A stretch of DNA of 64,000 nt from Octopus sinensis (taxonomy: Eukaryota): the NCBI RefSeq assembly GCF_006345805.1, contig NC_043002.1:15934001-15998000 (forward strand), written 5' to 3'. Position numbers and translations under genes: made by a program. The notes beneath the pieces were generated by a model. That model saw only the letters and a program-made list of their open reading frames with translations. It was not told where the DNA came from and ran no database searches. Shown in pieces: positions 38,700-51,613 of the stretch. Position 1 is the stretch's first letter. Each line of letters opens with the position of its first letter.

Positions 38700-39582
38700 G
38701 CGTACGTGCTCTTGGTCGCTTATATGTAAGTATACATTTTTCTAAATTTTGTACGACTCCATTTCAGTCTACCAGCCCTATTACGCTTATTCGTTCCTTC
38801 CACTCTTCGTTCTTTCGTTCCCACTCTCTCACATTTCTTTGCCTTCTCTTTTTGCTCACTTTCCCTCGAATTCACTGTGTCCCTGTCATTTTTCTCGCCC
38901 CTCCTTAATTCTTCTGTCCCTCTGCTTCTACCACTCTCTCTTCTCATCACACTTGACCGGGGTTCCTACTTAACCAGCATTAGTGTCAGATGCTAGCAAT
39001 CACTCTGGGCATTTTGAATTCTATTGACTGCTCTTAAGTGTAGGCTGTGATAACAGCCTGTTATCAGAATTAACCTTAAAGTTCAATAACATGTCAAGCT
39101 TCTAACTGCAAGATTCATAGGTTCGTTCACCCACTGATGATAACTGCAGTGTAGGGCAACATGTGTAAATAGAAGTGAATTTCCATGTACAATACTCCTA
39201 GTTGGTGTTTGAAATAGTTGGCAGTGACATGTTAGAGTGCGTAGTAAATGTTATGACCGTGCGTGTTGGTTTCCGTTGCAGTATGCGAGATTGGAGGAGC
39301 TATATTCTTAACATGAGTAGCATTGGCGCTATGGAAATGTAAGTATACATAATGTGTTGTGTCTGAAGAATATAACTGATTACAATATCAGTGAAAATAT
39401 TTAAATTGCATGTTCGAACCGGAACAGAGCAATAGATTCGTAACGAAGATTCTCCTCGATACCGCATTAACATAGGAACGGTATCCTGCTGAGGTTCTCT
39501 CAGAGCCATCCAGAGCGAGAACACTTTTCTAATATCTGTAATTAGATTATGTATATACACTCATATATATATATGTATCGAT

Positions 39583-39616
<34 letters not shown>

Positions 39617-39787
39617 TAATATATATATATACATGTACACATACGTACATATGCCTATATATATTTTCTTATATATGTATATAATCATATATCTAAATAC
39701 ATATATATATATATACGCACACACACATATATGTATGAATATATATATACATATATATATATGTATGTGTGTATGTATGTATGTATG

Positions 39788-39859
<72 letters not shown>

Positions 39860-39860
<1 letters not shown>

Positions 39861-40288
39861 TAGCAGCACAGCCCAGCGTTTCCCGGGTATGTAAGAGCTC
39901 CTAGTAGGCAACGACTAATCCCAATCTAGTTCTTTCCCTCTAGAGAACGAAGGCGCATGTGTAGGTTGCAATGTCTTCTCTTCACTCGAATACGTCTGTG
40001 TATACGACGTTCCTAGCTGTCTCCCGATTGCAAGTTGCAAAAACTACAACAGAAAATGTGTTGCATATAAAAAGCTTAGATTCTCGACCCCATGTCGAAT
40101 TTATCGATTTTTTCAGAACTGGGGAACTTTTCACAATTTTCGCTGCGTTAGTTTTGAATTATGACATTGGGCTATGTGTGTGTCTAGTTTCATCAGAATC
40201 GGTTGAAAGCCGTGGTCAGGGTGAGGGTACAACCTGACAGACACACAGACACACAGACAGACAAACTGCCGTTTATATATAGAGAAGA
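39860..40288 (-). mobile_element. Non-autonomous Helitron
   Basis: Minus strand reads A|TCTTCTCTATATATAAA...(GTCT/GTGT repeats)...CCCGGGAAACGCTGGG hairpin, CTGTGCTG, CTAG|T: 5' TC, subterminal GC hairpin, 3' CTAG, A|T insertion with no TSD. Confidence 0.8.
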
Positions 40289-40384
40289 TATATAGATAGA
40301 TAGATGGATGGATTGATAGATAGATAGATAGATACACACATACATACATGCATACATACATACATACATACATACATACATACA

Positions 40385-40416
<32 letters not shown>

Positions 40417-40824
40417 AAGGCGGCATCCTCCCCGCAGTTGTTTTGCAGCAAGTTGCACTGACAGGAGGTAGTCAAATTTAGAATATTCATTTATAGAGCT
40501 ATGAAAAATGAACATTAGAACGAGAAATGAACTGAGAAATCAGTTAACGCGTAAATAATGTTTTGTGATAACTTTACACAGGCGCAGTATTGTTTCTGTC
40601 ACTCCAATGCCTCGAGATATTTTTGAAGTGCACTCTTTCGGTTATCTCAGAGTTTTATTTGCAGCTAAAGTAAACAAACACCTCCTTTAAAATAAATGTT
40701 CAAAAATTAAGCATCCAATTCAGTCATTTATTTATGTAATGTTTAGTTAGGAGTTTATACATATAATGATAATAATAGTGACAATTACAATAATACTAAT
40801 AGTAATAAAAATAACAAAATCAAA

Positions 40825-40909
<85 letters not shown>

Positions 40910-40977
40910 ATTATCATTATTATTATTATAAATACAAATATGGATTTCTTCCGCGCTCTCTCTCTCTCTCTCTCTCG

Positions 40978-41080
<103 letters not shown>

Positions 41081-41209
41081 ATATAAATTTGTATATGAAC
41101 TTTTAACTATATATATGTATACATACATACTTAACGTATATTTAAATCAAACAATTGCAATGCATATGTGCTTATGTATATACGTATATGTATATATATA
41201 TGTATATAT

Positions 41210-41272
<63 letters not shown>

Positions 41273-42192
41273 GTATATGTGTGTGTGCGTGTGTGCGTGT
41301 ATGTGTGTACGTATTTTATTCAAATGTGCCAAAAGTTTTGTATAAAACTTAAACAGAATCAACTCAAACAACAAAACAACGACTCAACTCACCCATAGTA
41401 CAGAAATCATGCTTAACATTGCCCAGAGTGAAATTGTGAATATAGTTACAAATTAATCTTTGATTATATATTTTTTCTCTCTTCTATGTTATTGTTATTC
41501 ATATTTGTTATTCATATTTGATTTGATTTCGAGCTTTTAATATTGATTTTTCGTTTACCATTTCGTAGATTATATAGATTGTAATATACTGATTTAATGA
41601 ATGAAGAAAAGGAAAATAACATCTGTTCATATCCGACGTCTGTGTTATATTTTCGTGCATTCTATATGCTTCTGAAATTACTACAGTTATAACTTTTATA
41701 CTCTTTGCAAGAGGAAAAAACATTTATACACCTGCATATAGATAGCTCCTATACTTCAACTATGCATGTAAGGATATCGTCTGGCGATTTTTAACGATGT
41801 GTGTTTTAGTTATTTCCTTAACAGAAATAGGTATACTTTGTATTATAACTGGCCGAATATAACATTATCAATGAGCTTATAGAATAAAGTGCTCAGGTGC
41901 AATTCAATGCTTCGGAAAATTGGAATTTATTCCACAGATATTTCGAATATTAACCTAAACTAGAAGTAGAATAATAAATGTGGCATTTTGCCTGACATGG
42001 CTGACATAATTACAATTGCATTGAATCTTAGGGGACTTGAAGTGCTTACTTTCTATAGAACATCTATCAGAGGGTGGTTTATACGCTTCAAACTTCTGAT
42101 GTGTGAATATTCGAAAATCTGGACAACGTGACACATTTTAGTTCTGTGTGGGGTGGTCAATATAGATTTACATATTATATACTTATGCATAA

Positions 42193-42312
42193 ATACAGAC
42201 ACATGTCACGAAGTATTCTCCGGTTCTCTTACGATCACCGAAGTTAAGCAACGTCGAGCCTAGTTAGAACTTAGATGGGTAAACGCTTGGGAAACCTAGG
42301 TGCTGTGAGCAT
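42193..42312 (+). pseudogene. 5S rRNA pseudogene or 5S-derived SINE head
   Basis: CCGGTTCTC..ACGATCACCGAAGTTAAGCAACGTCGAGCCTAGTTAGAACTTAGATGGGT..ACGCTTGGGAA.CCTAGGTGCTGT matches recalled invertebrate 5S rRNA over ~100 nt with many substitutions. Single copy, no T-run terminator. Confidence 0.8.
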
Positions 42313-42322
42313 CTCACACCTT

Positions 42323-42478
42323 AGGCGTAGGAGTACCTGTGTGTTAAGATGCTTGTTTCCCAACCACTTGGTTCCGGTCTCAGTGCGTGGTATCTTGGGC
42401 AAATGTCTTCTACTTCATCCTCGGCCATCCAAATCTTTGTGAGTGGATTTGGTTGACGGAAACTGAAAGAAGCCTGCC

Positions 42479-42559
<81 letters not shown>

Positions 42560-42790
42560 ATATGCTTGTATGTGTGTGTCTGTGTTTGCCCCTCCCCCGC
42601 CATCGCTTGAAAATCAATGTTGGTGTGCTTATGTCCAGTAACTTAGCGTTTCGGCGAAAGAAAGCGATAGAATAAGTACTAGGCTTACAAAGAATAAGAC
42701 CTGGGATCGATTTTTTTCGACTAGCACCCTTTAAGACGGTGTTCCACCATGGACGGAGTGAAATGAGAGCAACAATTAAAAGAATAAAGG
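42323..42790 (+). mobile_element. SINE family A (diverged)
   Basis: Recognisable head, microsatellite and tail; starts ~10 nt after the 5S-like segment. Confidence 0.8.
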
Positions 42791-43333
42791 TATATAAATA
42801 TGTATGTATATATGTATGTATGTAGATAAGTACCTATATGTGCATGTGTATGTGGTGCACGGGTGTGTGTGTGTTCGAGTATTCGTGTGTGTGTGTATGT
42901 GTGTGTGCGGCTGTGTATGATCCATAATTTGCACATATGGGAGGGAGAATCCAGTTAGTGACATATCTATTTACTCCTAATATATTCTGCTGTATTTGAA
43001 CATGAATATGCTGATCGATTTTGAATGTGATCAACATACTGTCTTCTGTAGACGATGTGCGTTCATCGGTATTTCACCCTCACCATAAGATTCGTTCGTC
43101 AACTTCTTCTCACGGAAATTAATATTAGACGAGTAACCGGTTCGTTTTTATAGAAATCAGCAAAGAAATTATGGTTTTATGCGTGCTGGTGTATTTTTCT
43201 CTTTCATAAAAATAATCTTGTGTATTTTGAACATACATCGTTGAAAGTTTGGTGTTTGTCGGTGACAGAATTCAATAGTGATAATATATTGACGTTCAAA
43301 CCAACCATAGTTTACTAAGAATACATAAATAAG

Positions 43334-43482
43334 GCAGCGAGCTGGCAGAAACGTTAGCACGCCGGATGAAATGCTTAGCGTTATTTCGTCCGTTTTTACG
43401 TTCTGAGTTCACATTCCGCCGAGGTCGACTTTGCCTTTTATCTTTTCAGGGTGGATGAATTAAGTACTAGTTACGCATTGGG
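43334..43482 (+). mobile_element. SINE family D, 3'-truncated
   Basis: Head and part of the body. Confidence 0.75.
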
Positions 43483-44171
43483 TAAGTAGGTGAGGAGATA
43501 GTGAGGAGGAGGGAAAAGGAGAGTGGAAATCGAACTGAAGTAAAGCCGAGTGAAGAGAAGTGAAGGGGAAGAGTCACAGACAAATTTTAATGATTCAGAA
43601 TCACATAACTTTGATATTTGAAGTTGTGTTCAGCACTTTACAACAGATCGGTATATAAATTGAATGAACAATAGATTTCTAAAATTTCATGAAGAAAAGT
43701 GATGCGTAATTCGACTATTATATGCTTGGTTCTTGTGTTTCCTCTAACAGTCTAATGTCAAATAAAGCTTTTAGAAAGGAGAATCGAGAAGTAAATTTGT
43801 GTCCAAATATAAGCAAAGAATAACATTGTTTTGAAGTTAAAGAACTTATCTATATCCCTTCCAACACCACACTTCTTTGTATGATTTCAGTAGGTTACAA
43901 ACACCTGGGTCAAATTTCTGCCCTGCGGATATTTCCATTCCTCCAATAATTGTCGCAGGTCTCAGGAAGTCTCATATATGTTGACCGATTTCTTTTGATT
44001 AGGTAACCTTTAAGAATATTTAAGAAAGAGAGATGTCATCTTCGTTTTATTCTACATATGTAGTTCGTCTATTAATATTACGTAAAATATCTAAATTCAC
44101 GAAAAAGTCCTGGACAAACGGAATCAAGCCTTATATTGATTACATCATTTGTTTCAATGGGAATCCTTATA

Positions 44172-45365
44172 CAGGGTGGTGAACGGAAAAGTACCAGGTG
44201 TTCCGTGGCATAGTGTAAAAGCAGAAATAAATTTACACACACACAATTTATAGTAGTCAGCTTTTCGATTGCATGTGCCATTATGTGATTTGGAACGCCT
44301 GTAACTTCTGAACAAGGATGGCGCACTAGTCAACTGTTTGGTACGTTTTACTCACCGCATCCTTAACACATTGGCAGATTGTAAGTTTTGCACTGAGCTA
44401 ACATTTCTACATTTTCCATAAAATGACGTACTCAATGGAAAGAGTGGAGGTTGTGGAAGTATGTGAGAACGGGTTCTATTAAGAAATTTGTAAAATTCCG
44501 GAAGTCAAGTTTGCTAATTAAGAGAGCGATATAAATGTCTGTTAAGAAAGTGGTATGCTACGGGGGTCAGGTCATAACGTCCCAATATACCCTCCAGCTC
44601 GAAGACTGGAAGTTATTCATGACATTCACCAACGGATTACACGAAGCCCAAAGAAGTCAACTCGTAAATTGGCGCAACAGTCTCACACATTTCCAACGGG
44701 TTTTGAAAACTCTAAATTTGAAGCCATATCATTTCCCATATATACAGTAATTAAAAGGGCATGACAGAAGAAAACGAGTAAATTACTGTACAAGTCTAAT
44801 GAATAGCATTGGTAATGGGTTAATGCACCCATTCCAGAACATAATGAGTAATGAGGTATGGCTTCATCTCTTCGGTCACTTAAATTCAGAAAACACATAG
44901 TACCGGGTTGTGGAGTGTCCTCCCCTTGCATATGGGCAGCCATTCCCAATTGAAAAAAAAATGGTGTTTGGTGTGCTTTTCAGGGATACGATTCATTGAA
45001 CCGATATTTTTTCACAGTACTGTCAACATGGATGTCTATATGAACACATTGGACTAATTTTGTGCTCAACTCACAGAAGGCAGAAGACAGGCGTACTTCT
45101 TCCAGCAGGATTCTTTTTCACGCACCATATAGCATAACGTCGTGGTCACTACGTTCTCTTGATGTCTAACTGTGTGACTATTATCTCTGGGGTTTCTACT
45201 TGAAAAGGAAAGTGTATGAAAGCAATCTATACATAATACAGATACTGAATGTCAGTAGCATGCATGCGGTCACCACCGTGCATGTGACAATTTTACGCCG
45301 TAGGTAACCCTTTTCAAGATCTATAATGGTGAGTCCGTTCCAGCAATTGTAAATTTATTTCTATA
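44172..45365 (+). mobile_element. Degenerate IS630-Tc1-mariner element, rosa/DD41D-like with a DUF4817-type N-terminus
   Basis: TA + CAGGGTGG start. Remnants RSPKKSTRKLAQQ, LNLKPYH, EVWLHL.GHLNSEN, VWCA, PIFFHSTVNMDVY, FFQQD and DYYLWG..KRKVYE. Subterminal inverted match AGAAATAAATTTAC (~44224 and ~45348). Subfamily call from recollection. Confidence 0.65.
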
Positions 45366-46405
45366 TCTCCACTATGCTACGAAACAGAGCAGCAACATGA
45401 TTTTCTTATTTGAAATTAAAATCTATATTCACTGTGTGATTTGGATAAAAACAGTGGCATTATCCATGTTTGTGCACGAATATCGCATCTTTTCGAATGG
45501 AAACGCCGTGTTAGTCGAGAAATCAATGAATGAAATGCCATGGGCATCACCTTTTGAATTCCCGAAATATCTAGAAAGAATTGTGTCCAAGTATGGCTAG
45601 TTGTTTCTTGAAACTTTTCATCACATCTCAGTTTCTCTCAGCGTTTGTCAATGAATATACCTTCAAATACTAATGAGGAATTGTGTCCAGTACATCAGCA
45701 CGGTGTTTTATACAATATCATCTTGCGTTAAGCTGTTATGTCACTTCCTTAAGCATAATCAGCGAAGGCAAAATAGGAAAGTGTGTTGTTGATCCTAGAG
45801 ATTATCGCCCTCACTTGCTAAATACTTGCTAAAATCAGTATTGTTTATTTTAGATATATTAAAGCATAGATGTATTAAATCATCGTATAGAAGGCCGTGT
45901 GTTATTTATTCTATATCTAAATAATTTCTGTTGAAATCACACGAATACTAACAGAGATTTGCCTAAGAACGAAGTCCCTAAACGAACTACCAGAGAACCA
46001 GTAATTGTTTTCATTGACTTGATTGACGCTCTAGAAAGTATTCGGTTCGTACTTTTAATTAATTGTTTTATAAAGAAAAAAAAAGAAATTGGTGCACGTG
46101 AGTTAAACAATATAAAGTTATAATAGTAATCTGTGTATCAGAGTTATATATCTATATATCAGATATATATATATATATTTTTTTTTTTTTGTACTTGTTT
46201 CAGTCATTTGACTGCGGCCATGCTGGAGCACCGCCTTTAGAGTGGTGAAAGAGTACAGCAGGGATCACCACCATCCCCTGCCGGAGCCTCGTGGAGCTTT
46301 TAGGTGTTTTCGCTCAATAAACACACACAACGCCCGGTCTGGGAATCGAAACGGCGATCCTCCGACCGCAAGTCCGCTGCCCTAACCACTGGAATATATA
46401 TATAT

Positions 46406-46743
46406 ATACTAAGTAATTAAGGGTTTAGCAACGAATTGCCTCACCAACACACCGAATTTAGAAATAGCAGTCAAAGAGATATAGCTATTCCTTCTACTAA
46501 AAGGGGGATCTCAGTAAAAACACAGCACTTGTTTTTACTGAGATCCCCCTTTTAGTAGAAGGAATAGCTATATCTCTTTGACTGCTATTTCTAAATTCGG
46601 TGTGTTGGTGAGGCAATTCGTTGCTAAACCCTTAATTACTTAGTATTACTTAAATTTTCCTCGAATGGGGCTTTTACATGCCGAAATCTACTTGGTGTAA
46701 TTGATAATTATTCCAAATTAATTAATTTCACCCTTTATTGCTA

Positions 46744-46746
<3 letters not shown>
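46406..46746. repeat. Perfect 117-bp-arm palindrome with a 3' extension, between (TA)n tracts
   Basis: 46406-46522 is the exact reverse complement of 46530-46646; 7-nt loop CAGCACT. Confidence 0.9.
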
Positions 46747-46789
<43 letters not shown>

Positions 46790-46839
46790 TGAGAAACATA
46801 ATATTATTATTTACGGCAAGTATGATTTGCAGGAGGAAG

Positions 46840-47535
46840 AAAATTGTAAGAACATCAACATGAAAGAAATCCCAATACAAGATTTTATGGGACTTTAATG
46901 TACAAACTGATCTCGAAATTCGTACCAGGCTACGAAATATTGTCGTTAACGACAAGAAATGGGAAAGAGAAGAACAGAAAAAAATAGGAAAACAATATGA
47001 TTTGGCTAGGGAAATACAACGATTCTGTTTCTACATGAGTAATCGCAGTTGTTATAGGTGCCCCGGGGCCATTACTAACAGAATTTACAGATCACTTCCA
47101 CCGCTTACAAGCTCCTCATGTTCATACGAACTGAGAAAAAGTATGTTTTCCTTGAGAGGAACTCTATCCTTCCACAAATTCAAAAAGGTTGTAAAAGAGA
47201 TTCTTATGGGTGCAAAGACTAATTGCACATAAATAGAATTATTGTAGAGAATTGCCTGAGCAATAACAAGCACATTTTGTGGGTTAGATAGACTACTGGA
47301 AAGTGTTTGATAGCGTCCCACATAAATGCATTCTCAACGGGCTTGAGATATACAAGATCTCTCCTGTCGTTTCCAGTTTCTTATAAAATAACAGGACTAA
47401 ATGCGACACACATCTCTTTCTAAACGATTGTAATGAAGAGAGCCAATCCAGCAGCATGAACTTCAACCGAAGAATCCTTCAAGGTGAATTCCTCTTTCCA
47501 TTACTGTTTTTTTTCCATTGCATTGATCCGACACC
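46840..47535 (+). mobile_element. Two R4/Dong-type fragments (endonuclease region followed by RT region)
   Basis: 46840-47100: KILWDFNVQTD.EIRTR..IVVNDKK, EKIGKQYDLAREIQR, VVIGA. 47230-47535: DYWKVFDSVPHK, RILQGE.LFPLLF. Followed by (CAA)n(TAA)n at ~47545-47580. Confidence 0.75.
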
Positions 47536-47664
47536 CACAGAAATTGAACAACAACAACAACAACAATAATAATAATCTAATAATCTAAGTACAACAATGT
47601 AAATATACTGAATAAATATAAGAAAATTTGCGATAATACCAGAATATATTAATCATATTATTAT

Positions 47665-47970
47665 ACACTTTGTGGAGGCGCAATGGCCCAGTGGTTATGG
47701 CAACGGACCGGCGGTCGTAGGATCGGGGTTTCTATTTTGAGACCGGGCGTCGTGATTGTTTATTGGGCGAAAACAGCTAAATTCTACGAAGCTCCGGCAG
47801 GCGGGTTGGGGTGATCTCTGAAGTACTCTTTCGCCAAAACTTTCTCTCACTCTTTCTTCTGTTGGCCTGCTCGTTTAGCCAGCGGGGTGGCGTGATTGGA
47901 AGGTTAAAACAATGCCAAGCGCATTGTGACCAGTGGTGTGTAGCAACATCTGATAGCTAGGTCGATTTAA
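47665..47970 (+). mobile_element. tRNA-derived SINE family E
   Basis: GGAGGCGCAATGGCCCAGTGGTTA head; homologous 5' part on the minus strand at 46240-46392. Confidence 0.7.
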
Positions 47971-48397
47971 TAATCGACCAAGCTATCAGATGTTGCTACA
48001 CACCGCTGGTCGTTGTGGGCAAAAGGCGCAGCTTCTATGATATTTGGTGACATTAAATTACAGATAGCATTAATTTTAGGGTTAATTGGAGAATTTGATT
48101 TACATAATATGCACTGGAATTGGAATTATTAGTTTCAGCAGACATGTCACTGATTTTGTAATGATATATTTAGCCATAAACTGTCTGCTGCATAACAGCA
48201 TAATTCTGTTCAATATGCGTTCAGATGATTTAGTACTTGTTATAAACAGTCATTAAGCTGGAAAAACTTGAATTTACTACCCGTTATGACGACACAAAGG
48301 AGTCTATGTATCGGATATTCCAATATCTTTTATCAGTTTGATAAAAATGTTTGCCATGATTCGTAAGTAACAGTTATTGTCAGTGCTATTTTTTTTT

Positions 48398-48612
48398 ATT
48401 CTTTTACTTGTTTCAGTCATTTGACTGTGGCAATGCTGGAGCACCGCCTTTAGTCGAGCAAATCGATCGACCCCAGGACTTATTCTTTGTAAGCCTAGTA
48501 CTTATTCTATCGGTGTCTTATGCCGAGCCGCTAAGTTACGGGAACGTAAACACACCAACATCGGTTTTCAAGCGATGGTGGGGAGACAAAGACACAAAGA
48601 CACACACACACA

Positions 48613-48660
<48 letters not shown>

Positions 48661-48763
48661 GCTATAGCAGACGACACTTACTCAAGGTACCCCGCAGTGG
48701 GACTGAATTTGGAACCATGTGTTTGGTAAGCAAGTTACCTACCACACAGCCACTCCTGCGCCT
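48398..48763 (-). mobile_element. SINE family A with an internal deletion
   Basis: Lacks the block between the microsatellite and CTATAG that other copies have. Confidence 0.8.
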
Positions 48764-48784
48764 ATAAAGTGAAAGATATATGTG

Positions 48785-48836
<52 letters not shown>

Positions 48837-49987
48837 TATCTACATTCATGTATATAAATATATACAAGTGTAACATGTGGTATGATTATAAACAGGGCAA
48901 ATTTTAGTCATTTCACCGCAGAGCAACGATCAACCTTAATCGATTTTCGACCCTTATTGGTTTCCGATCAGCGACATCCTTTTCATTTTGACAAGGTCCC
49001 TACTTATTTTTGTTAAGGTACATATTGTAAGTATTATAAAAATACATAAATATATAAGCAATCAAATAAATAGTAGACTTATGAAGTGGACTGTTCGGGA
49101 AAATAGATATAGGTAAACATTATTCTGTATAGTATTTATACAGGCATGCTTGTTCACATAATGCATGTTAAATTTGGCACCTACATTTCGACAGGTTCTT
49201 CGGTGGTGTTCATACAAGCGACTTTCAAGAGATGGGAAAATTTTAACAGTAAAATGAGCTGTATCATTTTGTTACTATTGACAGAATAAATGCCAAGGGA
49301 TTCGCAAATCTTTCTTCGGGGCAATAAGGGGAAGAACCACAAAAAAATCTTGTTCTACTCCCTTCCATAGAATGTGAGATAAAAAGAAGTTTATTATATT
49401 TGCTTCGTTGAAATAAATGGTTTGAGATTATTGAAATCTTTGAAATAAGTATGACGCAATACGGTGCTTCCAGGAAAGTGGTGGCTGAAATCAATCCCGG
49501 GAGTAGAAGAAAATAACGCGTATATTCAACAACCACAAAGGCAAATATTTTAAACTTCAGACCTCGTGACTTGGATGACAAAATCAATCTCTCCGAGAAA
49601 GTCAGCAGCTTGTGTTCTTGAACATTCTTAAACGCTTATCTACTCAAGCAGAGGCATACTGATTGTGAGCAGCAGAATTCAATTATAAATTTATATTTTC
49701 AGGCCAAATATCACGATAGTCAAAATGTTCAACATCGATCAATCATTCACTGCTCTCCCTGCAGACAACTAGCAAATCATGGCGTAAATACATTTTCAAG
49801 TGGTCAAGGTAATATAACCAGTGTAAGATACATTCATTATTTTATCAGTTATCACAAATGCCAAAAACATAACAATGAGGTATTAGTAATAAAAGGAGCA
49901 TTCCAAAACATACAAAATACGAAACTATGAATGAATACTTCATATTCATACATACATGTTTCACCTGTATAACTATTCAATTAGATA

Positions 49988-51177
49988 CAGGGGCGGGACA
50001 AAATAATAGAAACACCTAGCATCATAGCATCATAATTTTGAAATATCTATAAAACCATCAAAAGCTTGTTTATTTTTATGGTTTTTTTTTCATTTATTAT
50101 TAGTGTTGCTTAATACGCTTTGCTAAATTTTGCTGCTTCTTTTCAGATATCATTAGATAAAGGTATCAAAAATTCATTAAAATGACAGATCTATTGGACT
50201 TTCAAAAAGGTCAAATTGTTGGTGCTCGTATGACAGGCGCTAGCGTAACGAAAACAGCCGAAATGTTTGGTGTATCAAGAAGTTTCGAAAGTAGTGACAG
50301 TCTTTATGAAAGAAGGTAACACCTCCTCGTAGAAACAAAATTCTGAAAGATAGGGACTGTCGCACTCTTACGCGAATTTTTAGAAAGGATCACAAAAGCA
50401 TATCTTCCAAAATTACTGAAGAGCTTAATGCCCACCCCGAGAACCAAGTTTCTACAAAAACTGTTCGCGGGGAGCTGCACAAAGTCAGATTTCACAGGAG
50501 GGCTGCAATGCAATAAGAAAACCACTACTTTCAAAAGCAAACATTGCAAAGCGTTTCCAGCGGTGTAAAAACCTACAGAATTGGTCCCTAGAGCAGTGGA
50601 AGAATGTTATATTCTCGGACGAGTTATCCTTTACCTACTTCCTACCGCCGGCGAAGTATACGTGTGGAGACAGCCAAAAGAAGCATTTGACCCAGACTGT
50701 CTTCCTCCAAAATATGAAACATGGAGGAGGATCTGTGCTGATCTGGAGGGCTATATCTTGGAAATCTGCCAGCCCAATGCTTTCCCTTCATGGCAGAATT
50801 AATATTCAAGACTAGTTAAGCATTTTGTTTAGTTCAAATGCATCCTATGTCTGCGGAACTATTTCCGAAGAGAAACGCAATCTTTCAGGATGATAATGCA
50901 TCAATTCACACAGCTAAATGTGTTACTGAATGGCACGAGGAACATTCTAGAGAAGTTCAGCATCATAGCTGTCCATCACACTCTCCAGATCTCAATAAGC
51001 ATTTAAGAAAAACAAGTAAGGGGTCGATATCCTGCACCATTATCACTACAAGAACTGGAGACGGTTTTAGCTGAAGAATGGACAAAAATTGCTTTGGAAA
51101 AAATTCAAACTTTGGATGAGTCCATACCTCGTAGAATTCAAGCTGTAATTACTGCCAAAGGCTGTCTTACCCAATAA
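49988..51177 (+). mobile_element. Near full-length degenerate Tc1-like transposon, same family as 11379-12340; right TIR not seen
   Basis: TA + CAGGGGCGGGACAAAATAATAGAAAC left end. ATG at 50182 (MTDLLDFQKGQIVGARMTGASVTKTAEMFGVSRS). Catalytic-region remnants FQDDNASIHTAK and SPDLN, end AVITAKGCLTQ* at 51177. Multiple frameshifts. Confidence 0.85.
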
Positions 51178-51362
51178 TATTCCTCATGATGATTCTGCAG
51201 GGATGCTCGCAGTGAAATGACTGAAACCAATAAAACTTATAAGCTTTTTTAGTCGGTTGATTACTCCGAACCCATTTTGCATCGTAGAGAGACAAAATGA
51301 GAGAGAATAAGAGTAAGTTATAACGAGAATTAAAACCGGAGTTGAAGGATGAATGCGCATTA

Positions 51363-51526
51363 GTCGCAGGAGTGGTTGTGTGGTAAGTACCTTGCTTACC
51401 AACCACATGGTTCCGCGTTCAGTCCCACTGCGTGGAAGCTTGGGCAGGGATTTTCTACTATAGTCTCGGGCAGACCAAAGCCTTGTCAGTGGATTTGGTA
51501 GACGGAAACTGAAAGAAGCTGTTGTG

Positions 51527-51558
<32 letters not shown>

Positions 51559-51569
51559 ATATATATATA

Positions 51570-51613
<44 letters not shown>

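Noticed and set aside
39134-39165. CUGAUGA ... GGCAACAUGUG hammerhead-like remnant
   Set aside because: GAAA is mutated, the cleavage position is G, and stems I and II are unconvincing; at most a dead relic.
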